Below are positions 1 to 10,098 of a DNA stretch of 64,000 nucleotides, piece after piece. Location of the stretch: assembly GCA_963739455.1 (NCBI GenBank), contig CAVUAK010000001.1:1120001-1184000 (forward strand), given 5' to 3'. The stretch's first letter is position 1, and each line of letters begins with the position of its first letter. A model generated the notes under the pieces. That model was given only the letters and a program-made list of their open reading frames with translations. It searched no databases and was not told the origin of the DNA. The DNA comes from an uncultured Gemmatimonadales bacterium. GTDB taxonomy: Bacteria > Gemmatimonadota > Gemmatimonadetes > Gemmatimonadales > GWC2-71-9. The position numbers and the translations under genes were made by a program.

Positions 1-1262
1 CCCATGCCGGCGGCCGGGAAGAGGAACCACGGCGGATCCAGCTGCGTGGTGGCCACGTTCATGAGGAACAGGCCGCCGTTGACGGCGAGCCACGCGGCGA
101 ACTGCGCCCGGACCTTCTGGACGATCTTGGGCTCGCCGGTGTCCGGGATGACCATCTCCCCGCTCTTCTCGTTGCGCTCCTGCCATGCCGGGCGACGATC
201 GTAGCGGCGGTCGGGCGCGCGAGGAGCCCGGGGCGCAGGCAGGTTGCCGAGGCCGGGAATCGGCTCGTTGGCGCCGCCACCGATCGGGCTTCGGGGGTTC
301 GCGGTGAGCGGACGACGGCCAGCGGCGGTCGGCGGTCGCTGGTTCCCGGTGCCGCGCGACGTCCCCGCGCGCCAGGATGTTCCGGTGGGCCGGTACCCGG
401 TCACCGTGCGACTCTCGAGGGCGCGCCGCAGCGCGTCGGCCGTGGGCCAGCGGTTCTCCGGGTCCTTCTCGAGGCAGCGGGCCACCGCCAGTGCCAGGTC
501 CTCGGGCACATCGGGGCGTGCGCGACGAATATCGGGTGCCGGCTCCGTGATCTGCTTCATCAGGATGCCGGCGACCGTCGGGGCATTGAAGGGCAACTCA
601 CCCGCCAGCATCTGGTACGTGACGATGCCGAGACTGTAGAGGTCGGAGCGGCCGTCGATCTCCTTCTCGCCCGCGGCCTGCTCCGGGCTCATGAACGCCG
701 GGGTTCCGATCGCCACGCCGGCACCGGTCAGCGTTGCCCCGGATCCCTGGGAGAGCGCCTTCGCGATGCCGAAGTCGGTGACCATGACGCGGCCACGCGT
801 GCCCTCGAGCAGGATGTTGTCGGGCTTGATGTCCCGGTGTACCACCGAGACTGCATGGGCGGCGCTGAGCGCGTCGGCGCTCTCCTTCATGATGCGGCGC
901 GCTTCCTCGGGCGGGAGCGGCCCCTTCCGCTTCACCCGTCCCGCGACGGACTCGCCGTCGACATAGCCCATGACGAAGAAGACGATGCCCTTGGCCTCGC
1001 CAACCGAGTAGATCGGCACAATGTGAGGATGGAGCAGCTGGCCGGCCGTCTGGGCCTCGCGCTTGAACCGCTCGCGGATGTCCTGCTGGAACGCCAGTTC
1101 GGGCGGCAGCACCTTGATGGCGACCCGGCGCTTCAGCTGCTCGTCGCGCGCGCGATAGACCACGCCCATGCCGCCCCGCCCAATTTCACCCTCAAGGGTA
1201 TAGGCGGTGCCCAGCGCCTCAGCGACGCGAGCGGCAAGCGGCTTGTCGTACGTATCTGACAT
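1..1262 (-). CDS. Ser/Thr protein kinase (Hanks type), C-terminus runs off the window
   Basis: Manual translation from ATG 1262: GEIGRGGMGVVY, VAIKVL, HRDIKPDNILL, TDFGIA, GTPAFMSPEQ, SDLYSLG. Not in the ORF track because it has no stop inside the window. Confidence 0.93.
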   Translation of the reverse strand, partial: MSDTYDKPLAARVAEALGTAYTLEGEIGRGGMGVVYRARDEQLKRRVAIKVLPPELAFQQDIRERFKREAQTAGQLLHPHIVPIYSVGEAKGIVFFVMGYVDGESVAGRVKRKGPLPPEEARRIMKESADALSAAHAVSVVHRDIKPDNILLEGTRGRVMVTDFGIAKALSQGSGATLTGAGVAIGTPAFMSPEQAAGEKEIDGRSDLYSLGIVTYQMLAGELPFNAPTVAGILMKQITEPAPDIRRARPDVPEDLALAVARCLEKDPENRWPTADALRRALESRTVTGYRPTGTSWRAGTSRGTGNQRPPTAAGRRPLTANPRSPIGGGANEPIPGLGNLPAPRAPRAPDRRYDRRPAWQERNEKSGEMVIPDTGEPKIVQKVRAQFAAWLAVNGGLFLMNVATTQLDPPWFLFPAAGM

Positions 1263-1679
1263 CCGCGCGACGGACTCCGATCGGACAGGTGATTGACGCA
1301 GCTCGGCGGTTTTGCGCCACCGGAGCGCCAAAGTCCGGTAGCCCATGAATTTGACTGTTCGTCATGAACAGGGCAACGCCTTGTCGGAAAGGGTGCCCTT
1401 ACGCGACCGATATGACAAAGATTCAACCTGCACCGTACTTCTGGTTGCCCAGCAGCCAAAACGGCAGCGCGGGCCCATTCGGGGCCGCCGTTTCCGCTCA
1501 CCATGGCCATGCTGGGGGTTACCGGTCGAGAGTTCCTCGGCACCGAAGTGGTTCAGGCATAACGCCGAAGCGTGCGGCGCCAGGCATGGCACATGGGGTG
1601 CACCTGTACACCCAAACTTTCTCGCGGGCGAGGTCGCCTGCGCCGCAAAGGCAGGATTCCAATGGAAGGATCGCACACA

Positions 1680-4200
1680 ATGAATGAACGCCTGACACTT
1701 CCGGTGCTTCCGCTCCGGGAGGTCGTGCTGTTTCCCGGTGTCGCCGCGCCCATCGGGGCGGGTCGTCCCGGTACGCTCAAGGCCATCGAGGCAGCGCTCA
1801 CCACACCCGAGAAGCTCGTCTTCGCGGTGTCGCAACGAGAGAACGTGGAGAACGTGAACGCGGACGTCCTCTACACCATCGGCACCGTGGCTCGGATCGG
1901 CCAGATGCAGCGTGGCCTCGCCGGTGTGCAGTTGCTCCTGCAGGGTGAGTATCGCGGCATCGCGATGCATTACTTCGAGAAGGACGGTTATCTCGCCGCC
2001 GTGGTCCGCACCGCGGAAGAGATGGCGGCGCTCAATCCGGAGGACCCGGCGTTCGTGGCGTTGCACCGCGAAGCGCGTGCACGAGCCGCCGAGCTGGGCC
2101 AGAAGTCCGGCCTTCCGGAGGAGGTCGTCCAGCAGGTATTGGGCGGGGTCAACGACCCAGGAAAGTTTGCCGACCTGGTGGCCGGCTATATCGATATCGC
2201 CCCGGCGCAGCGGCAGGGCTTGCTCGAGAGCCTCTCGGTCGAGGAGCGGTTGCGGCGCGTGCTCGTGCACCTGCAGCGACAGATCGGCGTGCTCGACGCC
2301 CAGGAGGACATCAAGTCCCGGGTGCAGGAGGAGCTGGGCGACCGGCAGCGGGAGATGTTCCTGCGTGAGCAGCTCAAGACCATCCGCAAGGAGCTGGGCG
2401 AGGACGACGACGGTTCGGACCTGGAGGAACTGCGCGAGAAGCTCGACGCGCTCGACCTGCCCGAGGATGCCCGCCGTGAAGTCGACCGCGAGTTCGGCCG
2501 TCTCGACCGCATCGGTCGTGAGTCGATGGAGTCCCAGGTGATCCGCACATACCTGGAAACCGTTGCCGAACTGCCGTGGAACACCCGCACCGAGGAACAC
2601 CTCGACCTCGCAAAGGCGTCGAAGATCCTCGATGAGGATCACTACGCGCTTGGCGACGTGAAGGACCGGGTACTGGAGTTCCTCGCGGTGCGCCAGCTCA
2701 GGCAAGAGGTAAACAGTCGGCAGTCGGCAGTCAGCAGTGAGTCGGGAACCGATGCACAGGCGGAGGAGACGCCAGCGCCGGTCGCCTCAGGATCGACTGA
2801 CGACTCACGACTGACGACTCACGACTCGACTGAGAAGCAGGCCAAGGGACCGATCCTGCTCTTTGCCGGTCCCCCGGGCGTGGGCAAGACCTCAGTGGCG
2901 AAGTCGATCGCTCGCGCGATGGGGCGGAAGTACGTGCGCATTTCGCTTGGTGGCGCGCGGGACGAGGCCGATATCCGCGGCCATCGCCGCACCTATGTCG
3001 GTGCCATGGCGGGGCGGATCATCCAGGGCATGAAGCAGGCGGGGAGCCGCAACCCGGTGTTCCTGCTCGATGAAGTCGACAAGCTCGGCGTCTCCTTCCA
3101 GGGCGATCCGGCGGCGGCGCTGCTCGAGGTGCTCGACCCGGCACAGAACGACACCTTCGTCGATCACTACCTGGGCGTTCCGTTCGACCTGAGCGAGGTG
3201 CTCTTCATCGCGACGGCGAACTTCATCCAGAACATTCCCGGACCGCTGCTCGACCGGATGGAAGTGGCGGAGTTCGTCGGGCTACACCGAAGGCGAGAAG
3301 CGCGAGATTGCCCGGAAGTACCTCATTCCGCGCCAGCTCACGGAGAACGGCCTCGATGCAGCACAGATCGAGATCACCGACCCGGCGCTCAGCCACGTGA
3401 TCACGGCGTACACGCGGGAATCCGGTGTGCGGCAGCTCGAGCGCGAGCTCGGCAAGCTCGCGCGGAAGGTGGCGCGCAAGATCGCGGCGAAGGAAGTGGA
3501 GCGTGTCTCGGTCGACGCCGACCTCGTCACCGCCCTGCTCGGTCGGCCACGCGTGCATCCCGAGAAGGCGATGCGCACCGACCAGGTGGGTGTTGCCACC
3601 GGCATGTACTACACGCCGGCCGGCGGCGACATCATGTTCGTCGAGGCATCCACCATGCGCGGCAAGGGCGAGCTGGTGCTCACCGGCCAGCTGGGTGACG
3701 TGATGAAGGAGTCAGCGCGCGCGGCATGGACCTATGCACGGTCGCACTCGGCCGGGCTGCGCATCCCCGACGACATGTTCGACCGGGACGTGCACATCCA
3801 CGTGCCGGCCGGTGCCATCCCCAAGGATGGTCCGTCGGCGGGCGTCACCATGGCGTCCGCACTTATCTCGGCGCTCTCGGGCCGGCCGGTGCGGCATGAC
3901 ATCGCGATGACGGGTGAGATCACGCTTCGCGGGCACGTCCTGCCGATCGGTGGCGTAAAGGAAAAGGTGCTCGGCGCGCTCCGCGCCGGCATCACGGAAG
4001 TGATCCTGCCCAAGGAGAACGAGGCCGATCTCGAGGACCTTCCCGAGGAGGCACGCAAGCGGATCAAGGTGTATCTCGTGGAGGAACTGGGCGAAGTGCT
4101 CGCGCTGACGTTGCGTGGCGCGAGCTTCCGCGAGGGACGGCTGCTGTTCGGGGAGGAAAAGCCGGGTGACGTCGCCCCGCTGGCGGCGTATCACCACTAG
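1680..4200 (+). CDS. lon: ATP-dependent Lon protease (frameshift near 3278, likely sequencing error)
   Basis: LPVLPLREVVLFPG N-domain, GPPGVGKTS, LLDEVDK, and PKDGPSAG catalytic Ser in the second frame (3397-4200). Confidence 0.96.
2714..2833. repeat. Heptamer-repeat inverted element inside lon
   Basis: CAGTCGG/CAGTCAG units at 2714-2743 and CGACTGA/CGACTCA units at 2794-2833 in opposite orientation. Confidence 0.75.
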
Positions 4201-4294
4201 GACTTGAGGACTTGAAGGCGTGAGGGCTTGAGGTAGTTCACCTCAAGCCCTCATTCCTTTCCGCCACTTCAAGTCCTCACGCCCTCAAGTCCTA
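4198..4294. repeat. Octamer-repeat inverted element between convergent lon and DGC genes
   Basis: TAGG-ACTTGAGG-ACTTGAAG-GCGTGAGG-GCTTGAGG ... CCTCAAGC-CCTCA ... CTTCAAGT-CCTCACGC-CCTCAAGT-CCTA. Confidence 0.85.
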
Positions 4295-5917
4295 CGCATG
4301 TCCCGTCTGCGGTATCTCGGCGAACACGACCCGGTCCCGGCCCTCGGTCTTCGCGAGGTGCAGCGCCTTGTCGGCGGCGTGGCCGATCTCGAACGCCGTC
4401 TCGCCGTGGTGCAGGTACACGGCACCACCGACACTCACCGTCACCGGGATGACGCTGCCATCGCGCGTCTCGGCGGGCTGTGCCGCGATGATCTCCTGGA
4501 TCTTGTGCGCCACGTGGGCCGCGCCCTCGGGGGTACAGCCGCGCAGGATGAGGCCGAATTCCTCGCCACCGTAGCGACCGACGAGGTCGCTGGCCCGCAC
4601 GTGTGAGCGCATCAGGCTGCCGATGTGCACCAGTACCTGGTCGCCCACGAGGTGGCCGTAACGGTCATTGACCCGCCGGAAATGATCGACATCCACGATC
4701 AGCAGCGCGAACCCGCTGCCCGTCCGCCGGGAGAACTCCACGGCGATCTCCAGTTCGGCGAGCAGCGTGGCGTGATTGAGCAGCCCGGTGAGGCCGTCGC
4801 GGTGCACCAGCTCGCGCAACTGGCGCCCTCGCTCGGCGCGGGACACCACGAGCTGCAGCAGCAATGACTCATCCACCGGATGCGCCAGGAAGTCGTCGGC
4901 GCCAGCGCGAAGCGCCGCGATCTTGTCGGCGATGCCACCCGCCGGTCCCACCAGCACAAGCGGCACCAGGTGGAAGCGCGGGTCCTGGCGAAGCAGCTTG
5001 GCGAAGGTGACGCCATCGGCATCGGGCAGCGCCTCGGCGAGAAGCACGAGGTCGGGCACTTCGGCATCGAAGAGGTCCTGCGCCTCGGACGCGTCGCGCG
5101 CCTGTACCACCCGGACACCGGCCTGCATCAGGTATGCGGCATAGGCATCGGCAACGGGATCAGCGTCGACGATCACCACGCGCGCCGGCGGTGCTCCCAC
5201 GCGCGCCATCAGGCGCGCGAAGCGGGGGAGCTCGGAGTCCACCTGTTCGGCGATGTAGATCTGGTCGGCGCCGGAAGCCACGGCGCGCATGCGATCGACA
5301 GGAGATGCCGCCTCGATGAGGACAACGGCGCGAGGGCGCGCGAGCCGGCTGGATGTCCACGCTGCGATGGTGGCGTAGGGATCCTGCACCGCGTCCTCCG
5401 CCGAGATGACCACGAGGTCGGGGCGGGTAGAGGGCGAGGTGGTTTCCGGTTCGCCCGGATCACCGAGATGCACGTCGAAGCCGGCCGACCAGAGGGCGCG
5501 GATGGTACGCTCCCGCAGCAGCCCCGACTCGACCACCACCAGCGCGCGCCAGCCGAATTCTGCCTGACGCGGTGTCTCCCGGACGCCCACGGGCTGGAGC
5601 GACTGTCCCGCCGCATCGACGGCGCGGCTCAGCAGCGCGAGGCTTCCCTGGAGATGGTCGGCGCTTTCGGCCGACTGTGCCGGTGTTTCGGCGAGCCAGT
5701 TCTCGATCTCGCGCGCCAGCGCCGAGATTTCCGGCAGGCCATGCGCCGCCGCCGCACCGGCGAGCTTATGGATACGGGAGCGGAGCCACTCCGCCGCCTG
5801 GCTCTCGCCGGCGCGGAACGCCTCTGCTTCCTTGCGAAGCTCGGCGAGTCGCGCCGGTGCTTCCGTGAGGTAGCTCTGCCGGAGGGCCCGGTAGACGCGC
5901 TCGGTTTCCGCGTTCAT
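4292..5917 (-). CDS. Hpt-REC-REC-GGDEF diguanylate cyclase
   Basis: N-terminal Hpt (IHKLAG), two receiver-like domains, then DGLTGLLN, DVDHFRRVND.YGH..GD, RASD I-site and RYGGEEF. Confidence 0.92.
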   Translation of the reverse strand: MNAETERVYRALRQSYLTEAPARLAELRKEAEAFRAGESQAAEWLRSRIHKLAGAAAAHGLPEISALAREIENWLAETPAQSAESADHLQGSLALLSRAVDAAGQSLQPVGVRETPRQAEFGWRALVVVESGLLRERTIRALWSAGFDVHLGDPGEPETTSPSTRPDLVVISAEDAVQDPYATIAAWTSSRLARPRAVVLIEAASPVDRMRAVASGADQIYIAEQVDSELPRFARLMARVGAPPARVVIVDADPVADAYAAYLMQAGVRVVQARDASEAQDLFDAEVPDLVLLAEALPDADGVTFAKLLRQDPRFHLVPLVLVGPAGGIADKIAALRAGADDFLAHPVDESLLLQLVVSRAERGRQLRELVHRDGLTGLLNHATLLAELEIAVEFSRRTGSGFALLIVDVDHFRRVNDRYGHLVGDQVLVHIGSLMRSHVRASDLVGRYGGEEFGLILRGCTPEGAAHVAHKIQEIIAAQPAETRDGSVIPVTVSVGGAVYLHHGETAFEIGHAADKALHLAKTEGRDRVVFAEIPQTGHA

Positions 5918-6597
5918 GCCGACCTCCCCAGCACGTCGATCGCCAGCCGCGCAGACGCCACGAACGCAGGCGCGGTGCCCCAGTGCCCGGTCACGTCAGC
6001 GCCCTGTCGCGTCGCGAGCAATGCGGCGCGGCCATCGACCACGCAAATGAGCGGAACTCCGGGCCATGCCTCGGGCGCCCGCAGTTCGACGACCGTTGCG
6101 AAGGAAAGCTCAACCGGACCCACCGAGTGAAGGCGGACATCGAGTCCCGCCAGCACCGGGCGACGAAGGGCAGGACCGAGGAGTGGAAATGCCTCTGCGG
6201 GGGCGAGGAGGTCGACCGATGCCGCCGCGCGAGCTACGTCGTGCTGGATCAGTTGAAGGGCTCCGCGACTCGATGTGATCTCGACCAGCGTGGGCGTTGG
6301 AGGGGCGGCAAGCGCCTCGAGTTCCGTGGTGAGTCGACTGAGTGCCTGGCCGTGGTCACTCGCAATCCTGGCCAGAAGGGCGGCGGGAGGTTCGGGTCGG
6401 TAGCGCTTGGGACGGCCCGACTCGACGCGAGCCGCTCCCTTCCCAGCAAGTCCCTCGAGCGCGCTGTAGGCGTTGGCCCGCGCAAGACCGGCAGCACGGG
6501 CAATTGCGTAGCCGGTGCCGGGGCCGTCCCTCAGCAGGACCTTGTAGACCACACCTTCGGTGGGCGTGAAGCCGAAGGGCGTGAGATCGAGTGGCAT
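5914..6597 (-). CDS. TrmB-family transcriptional regulator
   Basis: FGFTPTEG.VY..LL..GPGTGYAIARAAGLARANAY.AL..L..KG winged helix, plus a C-terminal PLD-like effector segment (LICVVDG). ATGA overlap with the DGC. Confidence 0.8.
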   Translation of the reverse strand: MPLDLTPFGFTPTEGVVYKVLLRDGPGTGYAIARAAGLARANAYSALEGLAGKGAARVESGRPKRYRPEPPAALLARIASDHGQALSRLTTELEALAAPPTPTLVEITSSRGALQLIQHDVARAAASVDLLAPAEAFPLLGPALRRPVLAGLDVRLHSVGPVELSFATVVELRAPEAWPGVPLICVVDGRAALLATRQGADVTGHWGTAPAFVASARLAIDVLGRSA

Positions 6598-6655
6598 GGA
6601 GCGTAGTATGCCATGCTACCCCTAAAGCCGCAATGTCGCGTGCCACGCGGGACCG

Positions 6656-7763
6656 CTAAGCGTACGTGATTTCCCAGCCCAGCAGCTTGGCGATGACTGC
6701 CACCCGGAAGGTGACGTCGACCGCGCGGCTCTCGGCCGACTTTTCGTCGGTCTGGAGCGGGTACCAGTGGTACGTGATCTTGTTCAGCGCCTTGGGCATG
6801 CTGCGGAGGCCCTTCGGCGACCAGACACCCTGCTCGTCGAAGTCCTTCATGAGGCGCGCGAGCACCTTGGTGGCGACGGGCGCCCACTGCAGGGCTCCCA
6901 TGCGCGCCAGCATCTCGATGTAGTGCAAGGCAAGCGGCAGGTCCTTGGCGACGCCCTTCGAGTCGGCCTCGATCGGGTCGCCCAGCAGCAAGTGCTGCGG
7001 CTTGAGCGACTTCTTGCCGAGGACGACGACGAAATCCTTCTTCGGGGCTGGCTGCGCCAGGTAGTGCCCGAGCCGCTCCGTGAAGCCGGCCCGCTCCCGC
7101 TGGAGGCTGGGCATCTGCGCGATCATGGCGACGGAATACCAGGTCGGTGGATGCGCCTCAGGATTCAGTGCCGTGTGCTTTGCCGTCTTCACGAAGGGCT
7201 TCTCGGCGAGCGGACTGCGCAGGAACGCCGAGACCGCGTTGGCGATCTTGTGCGCTGCCCCGCGGAGTCGCGGGTCCTCGTGATGACCGGCCTCGGCCAG
7301 CGCGGCGGCGGCTGCCTCACGGAAGGCCTCGCGGATGAACGGCACCACCGCCGGTTCCGTCGACGATGCCTTGGCAAACTCGAACAGCAGCGCCGGATCC
7401 TCGTCGCGCGACAGCAGCCGGAAGAGCACCCGGTCGGAGAGCTTGAAGGGTCGCGATCCATGCGGCCAGCCGATCTGCAGCAGCCGCCGGTACTGGGGGA
7501 TGGTGCCGACTTCCTTGATTCCGTCCTTCACCGACGGCGCCAGCCCGAGAAGGTTGCCGCCCCAGATGCCGGTGTCCTTCTGCTTCTTGATCAGCGCGGC
7601 AGCCGGATTTTGATTCCACCACCGCTTGCTGGGCCGCTGCGATGGCCTCAGGCGTGGCGGAACCGGCCGGGGAGAGCTCGGTGAGGGTGCGGTAGCGGAT
7701 CGCCTCACTGCCGTGCTCCAGGAGCCAGGCAAGAGGTATCCGGTGTGTGCTGGGAAGTTCCAA
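6656..7763 (-). CDS. Hypothetical helical protein (prenyltransferase/squalene-cyclase-like repeat features); frameshift near 7605
   Basis: TTG start at 7763 with AGGAG RBS; WLLEHGSEAIRYRTL continues into KQKDTGIWGG and FDEQGVW in the next frame. Confidence 0.6.
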
Positions 7764-7900
7764 GTCGGCTCCTGGCCGAAATTGACGCAGGGAGTGCGAA
7801 GCGGGCGCGAATATAAGGGCGGCGCACGCCGGTGACAATCGCGGGCTGACCGGCGCCCGCCGTCCACATTCATAAGCCTCTGAGTCATAATGGCTTACGC

Positions 7901-7936
7901 AAAAACACAAAACGGGAGCCCTATCGGGCTCCCGTT
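7901..7936 (-). terminator. Intrinsic terminator after the cytochrome c gene
   Basis: AACGGGAGCCC-TATC-GGGCTCCCGTT hairpin followed by a U-rich tail on the minus strand. Confidence 0.8.
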
Positions 7937-7957
7937 CAGGTACATGCAGACCCTGGC

Positions 7958-8350
7958 TCAGGTCGGGTGGCTAAGCGACCAAACGTAGGCGGCGACAGCC
8001 TTCACGTCGTCTTCGCTGATCTGGGAGCCGCCCTTGGCCGGCATGGCGCCCTTGCCGAGCTTGGTCTCGGCGACCGGAATGCCAGTGGTGACGATCTGGA
8101 CGATCTCGGGATAGGTCCCCTTGCCATGAAGCCAGGTCGTGTCGGTCAGGTTCGGACCCACCATGCCCTTGGCGTCGGCGCCGTGGCAGGCGAAGCAGAG
8201 TCCGGTGCTGGTGAAAATCGTCTTGCCCTTGGCGATCATGGCGGGCGTGACGCCAGCGGGAAGGGCAGCGGCGGCCTGAGCCGTCGCGGGCGCTGCGGCC
8301 ATACAGCTCGCCGCAACTACAAGCAATCCAAGTCGGGTACGCATCTCCAT
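7958..8350 (-). CDS. Exported monoheme c-type cytochrome
   Basis: Signal peptide MEMRTRLGLLVVAA, CFACH, GPNLTD..WLHG, AMPAKG; AGGAG RBS. Confidence 0.9.
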   Translation of the reverse strand: MEMRTRLGLLVVAASCMAAAPATAQAAAALPAGVTPAMIAKGKTIFTSTGLCFACHGADAKGMVGPNLTDTTWLHGKGTYPEIVQIVTTGIPVAETKLGKGAMPAKGGSQISEDDVKAVAAYVWSLSHPT

Positions 8351-8453
8351 TTTACTGCTCCTGAGTAAGCGTCTTGTCGCTGCTGGCTGCCGGTGCCACA
8401 TGAGCTCCTCGGGAATAGTACGGACCCCATCGTCCCGCCGCCACCGGAGCAGC

Positions 8454-9675
8454 TCAGCGGGTCGCATCCACCGTGCCGTCGGATAACCCCGCCATGGCAA
8501 TGGGTACCGGCCGGCGTTCGGGGGTGATCTGTCCGCGCTCATAGACGCTACGGGGGTTCCAGAGCACCCAACTGGTGACACCGAGCTCCTCGGCCGCCCT
8601 GATCTGTGCCCGGACGTGTTCAGGGCCATAGCGGGGCGCGCCCAGCGTGAAGGCCTGCAGGTAGGGCCGGATCTCGGCGGTAGTGCCGCCGAGCTTCTGG
8701 GAGCGGCGGATGCCGTCCTGAAGGGCGCGACGAATGACGCCGTACGGTTCAGCATTCGGCTGGGCAAATCCGTATTCACCCCGGTTGTAGTGACTGGGGT
8801 AGACCATCGGGAGGACGGCGTCGGCCTTGGAGACGAGGTCTTCCCATACCTGGCCGATGCCCATGTCGCCGGTGGCGCTGGTGGTGAGGCCGAACACATC
8901 GATCGTGAACGGCACACCGAGCGCGCGCGTGCGCTGCTGCAGGATGGCGAGACCGTCGGCCACGCCCTGCCGCGTCGATTCCTGCGGGCGCCGCGCGGCA
9001 AACAAGGCGGTGGCCCGTCGTGACGGCGGCTCATCGGGAAAGCGCACGTAGTCGTACTGGATCTCGGCGAAGCCGAGCGACACCGCTTCCGCTGCGAGCT
9101 GGGCGGCGTAGATCCACACCGAGTCCTGGAAGGCGTCGACCCAGGCGAAGCCCTTCCGGTCGTGCCACAGGCCGCCTGCCGGTGTGCCGGATGGCCCACT
9201 CCGGCTTGCGCGCGGCGAGCAGCGGATCCTTCGCCACCACGATGCGCGCGATGGGGTGGATGCCGCGGGCCTGGAGGCGAGCCAGCCGGACGCGAACATC
9301 GCGCGCGCGCAGCTGGGTGTTGGCGCCGATGGCCCGCGCGGTGGGGACTTCCGACCGGTAGGTCAGGTATCCGGTGTCGTCCTTGACGTCGATGACGAAG
9401 CTGTTGACCTCGGTGCCGGCCGCCAGGTCGAGCAGTTGCTCGAGGCGCATGCCGCCGAAGGCCCATGCGTTCACGTAGAGCGCCCGCACCGGATGTGGCG
9501 GGGGCGACAGCGGCGATGCCGGCCACCGGACGGTGTCGGGATCGAACATGGGCAGCGTCAGCGGATGCGTTGGCGAAGCCAGTTCATCCCGCCAGTGTGC
9601 AGGAAGCTGCGCTGCAGCGGGAGGTGCAAGGAGCAGCGTGAGCAGGATCGAGGCGGCGGCGTGTCGGCGTAGCAT
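8454..9675 (-). CDS. Putative glycoside hydrolase (DUF4015-like), exported; frameshift near 9180
   Basis: VRALY, NSFVIDVKDDTG, IARIVVAKDP, GFAEIQYDYVRFP, PMVYPSHY, RPYLQAF, WVLWNP. Confidence 0.8.
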
Positions 9676-9848
9676 CGGCGAATCTCCCGGGCTGTGGCAG
9701 CTTCCAAGGCTCGATGAGCCGGTGAAGCGCTGCTTCCGGGAACAAGGGCAATCAGGAGACCGTCCGTGCTGGTGGCGGGTGTCATGATTGCTTACGATTC
9801 GCGGCGTCCGCCCAGTTTGATGGCACCTGCCTTCCAGAGTGAGGATTC

Positions 9849-10076
9849 ATGCGCGCCACGATCCACTACTGCGTCGTTTGAAACTATGAACCACGAGCCA
9901 CCGGTCTGGTGGCTGAGCTGCAGGAGGCATTTCCCGGCATCGAGACGAAGCTGATTCCCAGCAGTGGCGGCATCTTCGACGTGACGGTGGACGGGACGCT
10001 CATCTTCTCGAAGCGGGCCCTTGGCCGGCACGCGAAGCCAGGGGAAATCGTGAACCTGCTCAGGGGAGTTACCTAG
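9849..10076 (+). CDS. SelT/SelW/SelH (Rdx) family selenoprotein, in-frame UGA at 9879-9881
   Basis: MRATIHYCVV-U-NYEPRATGLVAELQEAFPGIETKLIPSSGGIFDVTVDGTLIFSK...; CxxU motif, GAGGA RBS, hairpin after the UGA. Confidence 0.88.
9896..9914 (+). promoter_or_regulatory. Candidate bacterial SECIS hairpin
   Basis: AGCCACC-GGTCT-GGTGGCT; G-starting apical loop 21 nt after the UGA. Confidence 0.7.
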
Positions 10077-10098
10077 GAGAGGAGCCGGACCGGCACGA

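Noticed and set aside
4198..4294. Possible CRISPR array
   Set aside because: Units are 8 bp with no unique spacers, and no cas genes are present.
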